Source: Myxococcota bacterium (GTDB lineage Bacteria > Myxococcota_C > UBA6777). From it: a stretch of DNA of 37,059 nt. Each line of letters starts with the position of its first letter. Within the stretch, counting starts at the first letter, position 1. The stretch covers positions 1 to 37,059 of the forward strand of contig JAKLKB010000057.1 of NCBI GenBank assembly GCA_023150835.1, written 5' to 3'. The notes under the pieces are model-generated. The model was not told the DNA's origin. It worked only from the letters and a program-made list of their open reading frames with translations, and made no database searches. Positions 9,590 to 21,000 of the stretch are shown piece by piece. The translations under genes and the position numbers were made by a program.

Positions 9590-11759
9590 AGCAGGCGGAC
9601 TTAAAACTCAAGGGATCAGGGCAACCAAACGAGGTTCCTTTATTCCAACGGCACGATCCGCCCGACACATAGCGGAAGTCATACACGGTCTGGCCCGAAC
9701 AAGACAACGTATTCTCGCCACACAAACACACAGCCTGATGGCCGAAGCTGGTGACGTAAGTTCCGCAACCCGTCACCTCCGTCCCCGTACAATGCGAGAA
9801 GACGATCACCGCATTTCCTTTTACGCCCACAGCGCCCACCACAGACTGCCAACGTGCGTTCGGGTCGTAGTCTGGCGTAAACTCCATACAATAATGCCCA
9901 GTCGAAGAATCCATATTCGAAGGCGCTTTGCAGCCCTGATAACCGCCATAGTTGATGCAAGAAGTCCCATAAGTCGCACTGCACCGCAAGATCCCAACAC
10001 GCCCCCTCGGGTCGCAAAGCGCCAATCGATCGGCATCAAGGCAGACTTGCCCAGCTTGAACAAGCGCTGTCGGGCAAAATTCGCCATCTTTGATGCAGCC
10101 ACCATTAAAAGGATAGTAACCACGGCTTGTATCGCACACACAACCACCGCTCACGCAGATCTTTTGCGATCCACATAACGATCCATTATCGACCATCCCA
10201 TCGCAGTTATCGTCGATGCTGTTGCAGGTCTCCGTTTGCGGATGGGTTTGACCTGTGCAAACACCCCATTGACCGACCAAGCACACTTGTGTCCCGCCTT
10301 TGCAGATGCCCTTCCCTTCGGTCCCAACAGGACCTGTATAACAAGCACGCGTCAGCCCTTCATCCACCGAACCGTCACAGTCGTCGTCTTGACCGTTGCA
10401 GCTTTCGGCCTGCGGTAAAACTTGCCCCACACAAACGCCCCATTGACCGGCAGTACACGTGCTTTTTCCTGTTTTACACACGCCCACGCCTGCGGTCCCC
10501 GTCGGTCCTGTATAACACGCTTGCACAAGACCCTCATCCACCGAACCATCACAGTTGTCGTCTTGACCGTTGCAGCTTTCGGCTTTTGGCAAGACCTCTC
10601 CCACACAAGCCCCCCATTGGCCCACAGAACACACTTGCGTACCACCTTTGCAGAGGCCCTTGCCTTCGGTTCCTGCCGCTCCTGTATAACAAGCGCGCTG
10701 AATGCCGTCATCGATCTGCCCGTTGCAATCGTCATCTTGACCGTTGCAGCTTTCGGCTTGCGGCAAGACCTGACCCACACAAGAACCCCATTGACCGGCC
10801 TCACAGATCTGTGTCCCTTCTTTGCATACCCCTACACTCGCCGTCCCCACGGGGCCTGTATAGCACCGCTTCACCAACCCCTCATCGATCTGGCCATCGC
10901 AGTTGTTGTCTTTTCCGTCGCAGACCTCGGCTTGTGGGAGAGTTTCTCCTTCACACTTTCCCCACACACCGTTGTCACAGCGTTGCTCACCATAGCGGCA
11001 GACCCCTGCTCCTGCCGTACCTTCAGGGCCTGTATAACAAATGCGCTTGACACCATCATCGATCATCCCGTCACAATCGTCATCTTTTCCATCACAAGTC
11101 GCCTCTGCGGTCGGGTCGTGCGGAGCTTGTTTTGGCAAGACCTGTCCGACACAAACGCCCCATTGACCGTTCTCACAGCGTTGCGTTCCCGATTTGCAAG
11201 TTCCGACATCTTGCGTGCCTGCGGGGCCTTCATAGCAAGGGCGATCGATCCCTTCGTCGATCTGCCCGTTGCAATCGTTGTCAACACCATCACAAGTCAC
11301 TTCTTTTTCCTCGAACCCTTGGGGGTAAACACAACGCCACGCCCCCGCTTCGCAGAGCACTTTGACATCACGACACGGCCCCAATATACGGCAACTCGGA
11401 GGCTTTACTCCTTCGCAAGGAGCAGGAATATGTTCAGGAATAATCGGCTCCGTGATCGCCTCTGTTGGAGCCTCTGCTTCTTTGTTCCCGCCATCTTCTC
11501 CCGCATCTTGGGTGTTTTCTGCACCGCCTTCGCGATCTTTGTCTCCCTCCGCCCGATGGGCTTCTATACTACTTTGCTCGGTGTTTCCTTCATCAGAAGC
11601 GCTTGCGGTGTCACAAAAACCACTTCGGCAGATCTCCCCCGCCAAACAATCATCGACCGACGCACAAGGACGATCTCCCCCTCCACATCCCCACAACGCC
11701 GCACAAACCACGATCCAACCCATACTCCAGAGACTTTGCTTTTTTTCTTGTACCTTCAT
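9546..11759 (-). CDS. Cys-rich lipoprotein with seven CDGxDDxCDGxxDEG-type (MopE-related / putative metal-binding) repeats
   Basis: ATG 11759 follows AAGGAG. Lipobox LWGC, acidic linker, 58-aa repeat (174-nt period at 10507/10681/10855), unique Cys-rich C-terminal domain. Confidence 0.88.
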   Translation of the reverse strand: MKVQEKKQSLWSMGWIVVCAALWGCGGGDRPCASVDDCLAGEICRSGFCDTASASDEGNTEQSSIEAHRAEGDKDREGGAENTQDAGEDGGNKEAEAPTEAITEPIIPEHIPAPCEGVKPPSCRILGPCRDVKVLCEAGAWRCVYPQGFEEKEVTCDGVDNDCNGQIDEGIDRPCYEGPAGTQDVGTCKSGTQRCENGQWGVCVGQVLPKQAPHDPTAEATCDGKDDDCDGMIDDGVKRICYTGPEGTAGAGVCRYGEQRCDNGVWGKCEGETLPQAEVCDGKDNNCDGQIDEGLVKRCYTGPVGTASVGVCKEGTQICEAGQWGSCVGQVLPQAESCNGQDDDCNGQIDDGIQRACYTGAAGTEGKGLCKGGTQVCSVGQWGACVGEVLPKAESCNGQDDNCDGSVDEGLVQACYTGPTGTAGVGVCKTGKSTCTAGQWGVCVGQVLPQAESCNGQDDDCDGSVDEGLTRACYTGPVGTEGKGICKGGTQVCLVGQWGVCTGQTHPQTETCNSIDDNCDGMVDNGSLCGSQKICVSGGCVCDTSRGYYPFNGGCIKDGEFCPTALVQAGQVCLDADRLALCDPRGRVGILRCSATYGTSCINYGGYQGCKAPSNMDSSTGHYCMEFTPDYDPNARWQSVVGAVGVKGNAVIVFSHCTGTEVTGCGTYVTSFGHQAVCLCGENTLSCSGQTVYDFRYVSGGSCRWNKGTSFGCPDPLSFKSACYKGSVGQFPYYSCP

Positions 11760-12018
11760 GATCGACTCTCCTTTTGTCTTGTTCAAAGGGCAACGCAACC
11801 ACCATTTTTTGGCGCGTTCGGCCCCTTCTCAAAACACGAGCCAATCGTTCAACATCCAAAAAGATCTTTCTTTTCAAGAACATTCACTGGATACCATCGG
11901 AGAGACAGCGCACCGTCGACCAAACGACAGACACCCCCGTCCAGCTCCCAAACAAAAACCAAAGCGCCCTCCTGCCACAACAACACAAAAGCCCATGCCT
12001 CCCCACAAAAAGCGGATA

Positions 12019-15000
12019 TCAGCCTTTCAAGAGGCGGAGGCGAAAGCGCACAAGCCAAGCCAAAAGAAGCAAACATAACCAAAAGATCGATGTATCGGCT
12101 GGGTTAGAAGCATCGCAGCCACAACCACCCCCAACGATCCCCACGCCCACGTCCGGCACATTCTCTGTGATCTGCTCTTGCCCGACTTCTTTGTCTGCGC
12201 CGTAGCACAAGCCTGCTCGACAAGTTCCGCCACCACAGTTCACCTTGTTGCAAGGATCGTCGATGCAACGGCTTTTTTCACAAAGGCGGCCATAGCGGCA
12301 AGGCGAAGCGACCGAGGCACAGGCATCTTGGGTGCATTGACCTTCTTGGCACGTTTCACCGCTTGGACAGGTCACCCCAAAACAAGGGTCTTTTTGACAA
12401 AGCCCGTCCACACAACGCTGACCACTCGCACAAGAAGAGCAAGACTTTTTGCAGCCGCCGCTTTGCGGATCGCAAAACTCGCCTGTTGCGCAGGTTTTGC
12501 TGTTGCAAGGATTGTCTTTACACGCACCTTGAGCGCAAAGCTGCGCCGTCGCACAGTCCTGTTTGGTATAACACCCGGGAGCAACGCACGCTGCGCTGAC
12601 GCAGATGCTATCGCCCGGACACTCGGCATCGACCTTACAAGGCCGACCGCCCACACACTGGCCCTTCTCACAAGTCGATGGGACGGGGCATTTCAGATCT
12701 TTACAAGGATCATCCACACAACGGCTGACCTCACAGACACGGCCTGTTTTGCACTGATCGCTGTTGGGGACACACTCGTTTGGAACGCACGCACCGCTTC
12801 GGCAGATCTCGTTGCTTTTGCAAGTGACTCCCGCGCATGGATCGGCTTTGCATCGTCCATCAAGACAGATCTGCTTTTCGGGGCAGAAGATCCCCGCGCA
12901 AGTTGCGACACAATCTCCCGCACGGCAGATCTGATCTTGCGTACAATTTTTGCCGACACACGGGTCTTTTAGACACTTTCCGTTGATGCACAGCTCGCCT
13001 TGTGCGCAATCTGCGGTAGCTGCGCAAGTTCGAGGGATACAAGTACGCTCAACGCAGATCTCCGTACCACCGCACTCTTTGTCAAATTGACAGCCCTTCG
13101 CTACGCATTGTCCAGCCACACAGATCTCGCCAGAGACGGGGCAAGTAATACCAAAACACGGATCATCGACACAAGCGTTGCTTGAGGGATCGCAGACACG
13201 ACCATGACGGCAAACACTGGCGTTTGTGCAATTGCTTTTCTCGCACTTTCCAGCCACACAAACTTCACCGACAGCACAAGACACCGATGCACAAGGATCC
13301 GCGACGCAAGCACCATCGACGCAGCGTTGGCCTTGAGCGCACGACACGCTGCCGCAGCTTTTTACGCACTTGTTGTCCGAAGGGCGGCAAAACTGCTCCG
13401 TGCTGCATGGCGTGCCGTTGGGTGCGGGACAAAGCTGTGGCTCGCAAATGGCTTTGACGCAGCGCTGTGTTTGGGGGCAATTGCTGGTGTAGCACTGGGC
13501 CGGTTGACAGATCCCTTGGAGGCAGACGTTCGTATTTGGGCAGTCGATATCGACCTTACATCGGGGGATATCCACACATTGGCCAAGAACACAGCGCTGG
13601 TTGTTGGGATCGGGGCACTGCACCTTGAGGCATGGATCTTCGGTGCATCGGCCTTGGACAGAGCAGATCCGACCAAAACGGCAAGACATACTGTTGCAAG
13701 GATTAGGGGAACACTTTGGCGCGCTGGTCGTGGTGTCGCAGATCTCATCGGCCTTGCAGGTAAGGCCCGCTGTTTGGCAAGGATCTTTACCGCACACTCC
13801 GTCTCGACAGGTCTGATCGGCGTTGCACTGCACTCCCGCACAAGGCTTAAAGCATATCCCATCGGCAGGACGGCAGGCTTCGCCAGCCGCACAGGTCTTA
13901 CCTTTACACGGATCAGGCAAACAAGCGCCTTCTTTGCAGAGATCATCTTGATAGAGGCAAGGCTGCGTTCGCGGCGTACAGATCGGCACAAAGCAACGAC
14001 CTTGGGGGTTTGCGCCAAAGATGCAGATCTGATCGTTCTTGCAATCGATATCGACCCGACAAGCTTGGCGGGGAGTGGCCTCGAATGTCTGGGTGTTGCA
14101 AAGAGGCGGAGTTCCGCTGTCACAGACCTCGACTTCAAATGTGGTGGTTTTGCCTTCTTCGCTTGGGGTGGGAGTCCAAGTGATCTTTCCTGTTTGAGGA
14201 TCGATGGTCGCCCCGGGGGGAGCTTGCTTGAGTTTCCAAGTGTGGGTGTCGCCTGTATCGGGGTCGCGTACGACAGGGGCGTACGTGAAGGCTTGTCCTG
14301 TGAGAGCATCGCTCGGTGGCGTTGAAGTGATCTCGGGAGGGTTGTTGCGTGGTGCGGTCAAGACACGCACTTGCCAACGGCGTTTGGTGCAGAGGCCTTG
14401 GCTGTCACAAAGCTCGATCTCAAAGTCAAAGGTTTTGCCGGCATCGTTGGGTCCGGGGGTCCAGTTCACCTCGCCTGTGTTGGGATCGACGGTCGCACCG
14501 GGAGGAAGCGTGTTGCCTTTCCATGTGTACGCCTCGTTGGGATCGGGATCGACGACAAAAGGCTTGAACTGATAAGCTTGGTTGGGGTTGGTCCATGTTT
14601 GCGGAGTACCGCCCATCTGGGGCGGTTTGCCTTTGTCTCCGACGCGAACTTTCCAGATGCGTTTTGCGCAAGCCCCCCGACTGTCGCAAACTTCCACCTC
14701 AAAAGTGAAGTCCTTTCCGACATCATTGGGTCCGGGGGTCCAGTTGAGTTTTCCTGTTTGAGGATCGACGGTCGCGCCACTCGGCCCTTGGTTGAGTTTC
14801 CAAGTGTGCGTATCTCCGACATCTGGATCGATGACTTTGGGTTCGTAGGCGTAAGGACGGCCTTGGGCAGCATCGTTGGAAGGTGCGCCGTCGATGATCG
14901 GAGGAGTATTGGGGACACCGCCGACTTTGACGCTCCAACGGAGCTTTGCGCAAGAGCCTTTGTCATCGCAGACTTCGATCTCGAAATTGATGGTCTTTCC

Positions 15001-18000
15001 AGCATCACTTGGGTCAGGCGTCCAGTTGAGTTTTCCTGTTTGGGGATCGACAGTTGCGCCGCTTGGCCCTTGGTTGAGTTTCCAAGAGTGTTTGTCGCCT
15101 GCGTCGGCGTCTTTGACTTTGGGTTCAAAGGCATAGGGTACACGCGGAGCCGCTTGGTTGTTTGGGATGCCCTCGATGCTTGGGGGCTGATTTCCCGCAC
15201 CCACCCGCGTATTCCAAGACTGTTGCACGCATGCGCCCTTGGCATCGCAGACTTCGACCTCAAAAGAAAACTCTTTCCCGTCATCACCCGCACTCGGTGT
15301 CCATGTGATCTCGCCTGTTTGGGGATCGATCGCGGCTCCTGCGGGTTTTTGATTGAGTTTCCACGTCAAAACATCCGCGTCAGGATCCGAGGCTTGGGCT
15401 TTGTAGCTATAAGGCAAGCCAGCACTCGCGCTGGTGGAAGGGGTGGTGGTGATCTGTGGGGGACGATTGGGGTCGACCACCAAGACCTTCCAGCTTTGGG
15501 TTGCGCAATCGCCCGCACTATCGCAAACAGTCACCTCGAACTCGAACTCTTTTCCGACATCACTTGCGCTTGGCACCCATGTGATCTCGCCTGTTTTGGG
15601 ATCGATGGTCGCGCCCGAAGGAGCTTTGTCAAGCTTCCATGTGTGTGTGTCGGATGCGTCAGGATCGCGAACTGTCGGCTTGTACGTGTAGGTCTTGTCT
15701 TTTTCTGCGCTGGCTTTTGGTGTCCCGATGATCTGTGGGAGCTGGTTTCCTGTGCCAACACGGACCTTCCATGCTTGCTTTGCGCAAAGGTTAGCGCTAT
15801 CGCACACTTCGATCTCGAACTCGAATTCTTTGCCCGCATCCCCTGTGGCAGGCGTCCATTTGACCTCGCCAGTTTGGGGATCGACGGTCGCCCCAGCAGG
15901 CAGGCGTGTGCCTTGCCATCGGTGGGTCTCGTTCGCATCGGGATCAACAACACTCGGCTGGTATCCATAAGACTTTGTTGCGGAGGCTGTCTTCTCAGGT
16001 ACGCCTTGGATCTGCGGGGGCGTGGAAGTGGAACACTTGGTGGGTTCGTCGATCTGGCCGTTGCAATCGTTGTCTTTGCCATCGCACTTGGTCTCGACAG
16101 CCTCATAATCGGCGCTTTGGGCGCTATACGAAGCCGCATCGCAATCCTTCCAACCATTCGTCCCATCGCACCGTTGTTTCGAGCCGACGCACACGCCTTG
16201 TTGTTTGGAACACAGCGGAGCGGTGAGATTTTCGTCCACTTGGCCGTCACAATCGTTGTCTTTGCCGTCGCACTTGGTTTCGACAGCCTCGTAATCGGCG
16301 TTTTGGGCGGTATATTCTGCTGCACCACAAGGCTTCCAGCCATTCACACCGTCACAAGTCTGCTTAGCCCCGCTGCATACGCCTTGTTGGTTCGCACATA
16401 ACGGCGGATTCAAGTTGTTGTCGATCTGTCCATCGCAATCATTGTCTTTCCCGTCACAAACCTCGGTCTGTTCGGTGATATCGCCTGTACAAGCGCCCCA
16501 CTTTCCCGTGTTATCGCAGGTTTGTGAGCCCTTTGCACAAGTACCTCGACAAGTATAGCTCCCGCCTGTTTGAGTGCAGCCTTGGTTGCCCGTATAACAG
16601 TCTTGTGTCTGGCCGCTTTGGCATTGACAACCCTCGTCGATCTGGCCGTTGCAATCGTTGTCTTTGCCGTCGCACTTGGTTTCGGTGGATTGATAGTCTG
16701 TGCTGTGGTTTTGATAATCCGTTGTGCTGCAATCTTTCCAACCAGCCGCCCCGTCGCACCGCTGTTTTGCGCCGTTGCATACGCCGGACTGTTTGGTGCA
16801 ATTGGGGGCGACCAGTCCCTCGTCGATCTGGCCGTTGCAATCGTTGTCTTTGCCATCGCACTTGGTTTCGGTGGCCTCGTAATCGGCATTTTGGGCGGCA
16901 TACGAAGCAGCATCACAGTCTTTCCAGCCGCCTGCCCCTGTACAGCTTTGTTTGGCTCCGACGCACGCGCCTTGTTGTTTCGAGCAAAGCGGAGCCGCCA
17001 AGTTGTTGTCGATCTGGCCGTTGCAATCGTTGTCTTTGCCGTCGCACTTGGTCTCAACTGCCTCGTAGTCTGCGTTATGGGCGGAGTATTCGGCATTTGT
17101 GCAATCTCTCCAGCCACTCGCTCCCCCGCAAGTTTGTTTGGCTCCGCTGCACACGCCTTGTTGCTTCGAGCAAAGCGGCGCAGTCAAGTTGTTGTCGACT
17201 TGGCCGTTGCAGTCGTTGTCTTGACCGTCGCACTTGGTCTCGATGGTCTCGTAGTTTGCGTTGTGAGCGGTATATTCGGCGTTTGTGCAATCTCTCCACC
17301 CGCTCGCTCCAGCGCAAGTTTGTTTGGCTCCGCTGCACACGCCTTGTTGTTTCGAGCAAAGCGGAGCCGTTAGGTTGTTGTCGATCTGACCGTTGCAATC
17401 GTTGTCTTTGCCGTCGCACTTGGTCTCGACGGCCTCGTAATCGGCGTTTTGGTTTCGATAAGAAGCTGCATCACAATCTTTCCAACCATTCGCACCATCG
17501 CAGGTTTGCCGAGAACCGCTACAAACCCCTGCTTGCTTCGAGCAAAGCGGGGCCGTCAAATTGTTGTCGACTTGGCCGTTGCAATCGTTATCTCGACCGT
17601 CGCACTTGGTTTCGGTGGCTTCGTAGTTTGCGTTGTGGGCTGTATAATCGGCATCTGTGCAATCGCGCCATCCTGTCGCCCCTGTGCAGATCTGTCGCGC
17701 ACCGCTGCATACGCCCTGTTGCTTCGTACAAAGCGGGGCCGTCAGGTTGTTGTCGATCCGACCATCGCAGTCGTTGTCTTTGCCGTCGCACTTGGTCTCG
17801 GCGGCCTCGTAATCAGGCGAGTTCGCCGCATAATCCGCACTCGTACAAGCTCGCCAGCCTGCCGCACCGCCACAAGTCTGTTTGGCCCCGCTGCATACGC
17901 CTTGTTGGTTCGCACAATTGGGCGCGATAAGGTTGTTGTCGATCTGACCGTCGCAATCGTTGTCTTTGCCATCGCATACTTCGGCCTTTTCGATGGCATC

Positions 18001-21000
18001 GCCCGTACAGGCCCCCCACTGGCCGTTGGTGCAAACTTGTGTGCCGGACTTGCACTCGCCTTTGCAAGTATAGGTGTTGCCGCTTTTAACGCAGCCTGAT
18101 CCACCCGTATAACAGGCTTGATTCTGCCCGTCTTGGCATTGGCAGCCTGTGTCGATCTGACCGTTGCAATCGTTGTCTTTGCCATCGCACTTGGATTCAG
18201 TCGCTTGATAATCCGCGTTGTGTGCGGTGTATGCGGCATCATCGCAATCTTTCCAACCACTCGCCCCTGTACAAGATTGTCTTGCACCATTGCAAACCCC
18301 CGATTGCTTCGAGCAAAGCGGGGCCGTCAGGTTGTTGTCGATCTGTCCATCGCAGTTGTTGTCTTTGCCGTCGCACTTGGTTTCGGTCGCCTCGTAATCA
18401 GGCGATTGCGCCGTATAATCGGCATCTGTACAATCGCGCCATCCTGTGGCACCCGTACAGATCTGCCGAGAACCGCTGCATACGCCTTGTTGTTTCGAGC
18501 AAAGCGGAGCCGTTAGGTTGTTGTCGATCTGCCCATCGCAGTTGTTGTCTTTGCCGTCGCACTTGGTTTCAGTCGCTTCATAATCAGGCGTATACGCCGC
18601 ATAATCCGCACTGGTGCAAGCTCGCCAACCGGCCGCTCCTCCACAAGTCTGTTTGGCCCCGCTGCATACGCCTTGTTGGTTCGCACACAACGGCGCGATC
18701 AAGTTGTTGTCGATCTGGCCGTTGCAATCGTTGTCAAGGCCATCGCACTTGGTTTCGGTGGCCTCGTAGTTTGCGTTATGGGCTGTATAATCGGCAGTTG
18801 TGCAATCACGCCAACCCGTCACCCCTGTGCAGATCTGCCGAGAACCGCTGCATACGCCCTGCTGCCTCGTACAAAGCGGTGCAATCAAGTTGTTGTCGAT
18901 CTGACCGCTGCAATCGTTGTCGAGGCCATCGCACTTGGTTTCGGTCGTCTCGTAGTTTGCGTGATGAGCCGTATAATCGGCAGTTGTGCAATCGCGCCAG
19001 CCCGCCGCCCCCATACAGATCTGCCGCGCCCCACTACAAACGCCCTGCTGTTTCGTACAAAGCGGCGCGGTCAGGCCGTTGTCGATCTGACCGTCGCAAT
19101 TGTTGTCCTTGCCATCGCAGATCTCCGAATTCGGAAGCTGCTGTCCTCCACAAGTGACAGGCCATTGCTCTCCTGTACAAGTCTGCGTTCCTGAGCGGCA
19201 TTCTCCGACACACGAATAGACACCGTTGAGCAACGAACATCCGCTTGCCCCTGTATAACAAGCCCGAGTGTCGCCGTTGTTGCAGACCACCACACGAACC
19301 TGCCACGTCCGAGTCGCCGTATTCCCTTCTTGATCGACCACAACTACCGTGAACGTGACGGTTTGACCGATCTCTCCCACCGAAGGCGTCCACAAGATCT
19401 GCCCAGAGTTCGGACTGATCGTCGCCCCTGCGGGGGCGGCAGAAAGAAAGTACAACAACGGCCCACCTTCGGGATCCGTCGCGACCACTTGGTTGGGCTT
19501 GTAAGGAGCCCCCGCAACGGCTGTGAGCGAAGGAGGCGGAGGAGCGGCGATCACGGGAGGCAGATCCAACGGCGATTCCTTGCCTGTCAGATGATACAGT
19601 TGCGTTGATCCGCTGATATCGCCACAAACCACCAAGACGGGATAACGATCCGCGATGATCTGCACAAGCTCTGCGTTGATCGAGTTGGCGGGTGCTTGGG
19701 CGTATTTGTACGTTTGCCCAGACCACGGCAACAACGGGCTTTGCCCCCCTGTCCATGGACCGATGTAGTAATTGATGGAAGTGTCGTTCTTTTGCCCGCC
19801 GATGGTACGGACTTCGACGCGTGTTTGCGCATCTTTCGTGTAAATGCCGATATCTGCGCCTTGTGCCGCGACCTTGTTGACGTAGCAATAACCTTCGTAC
19901 TTGTTGTCAGGGCGCTTGAAAAGTTGGACATTCGTAATATACGATCCTACCGCCCGCATCGCCGTTGGATACACGCTAATCGGCTTGTCTGATACGACTT
20001 CGATGTATTCCCCATTAAACCCCGTTCCATTCGAGATCTGCGAAAAGCCGTTGTAAACGTCAGGAAAGAGCGTCGCAGTCCAAAACGAGGGGACTCCCCC
20101 TGCATTGAGGGTGAAGGTCGTATTGTTGTTTCCTGCGGGGTTTGTGATGTTTCGGATCGTCACTTTGGTGTTGGCTTGCGAAGCAAAGATCGCAGTCTCG
20201 ATCGAGGCATGCGTGTAAAAACGTGTCCCGTACGAACGACCGAGGTCCGCAGGTGTCATCGACGGGGCTGTCATCGACCAATCGTTCCGACCAACGATCA
20301 CCCCCGCAGCAACGGAGCAATCGGGATTATTCGGACTGGATGGATTGGTGGGTTCGATGCGAAACTCGTCGTCGTCAAAGGTGGTGAGTTCCCAGATCCA
20401 ATAACGACCCGAGACGACACCATTCACATCACGCGATGGATTGGAAAACTTCACATTTGCAGAGGTCAGGGTTGTGCTGTCATCAGAGTCGGAAACATCG
20501 GTGACACGGATGTTTGGTACGATCGTTCCTGTCGTATCCGACGTGTGGCAATACACAAGGATATCTTTTCGTGTGTAGCCCACAAACACCTTCCCAACGT
20601 ACGTTCCATTTTGGCTGTAAAAGTACGTTCCCTCGCCGCCTGCGGTGCTTTTGCTGTCACCCGCCACGATCGACAACGGCTTGTCTGCACGCACATACAA
20701 ATGCCCCGTCGTCGAGGTGATCCCATACACGCTCAGATCGACAAACTTGGCACGCCCTGCGACAGGGATCGTACCCGCCTCGATCAGCGAATTATCCGAG
20801 ATGCGATGGATCCAATAACGCGCATTGTCTTGATAGCCCCAAAGAAACAGATTCGAGGCACTATAAACAAGATACACCGGCCCATTTTTGGCCGTGACGG
20901 ACCACGTCGTGTTGACGCACTGATTGGCGGTGTTGCACACCCGCGCTGTAAACGTCGCAACCCCCGTAGGATTAGGCCACGTCACCACCCCTGTGGCTGC

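Noticed and set aside
10422-16401. Long + strand ORFs (10422-12107, 13204-14325, 14371-16401)
   Set aside because: Antisense shadows of the repetitive surface-protein genes, with no recognisable motifs.
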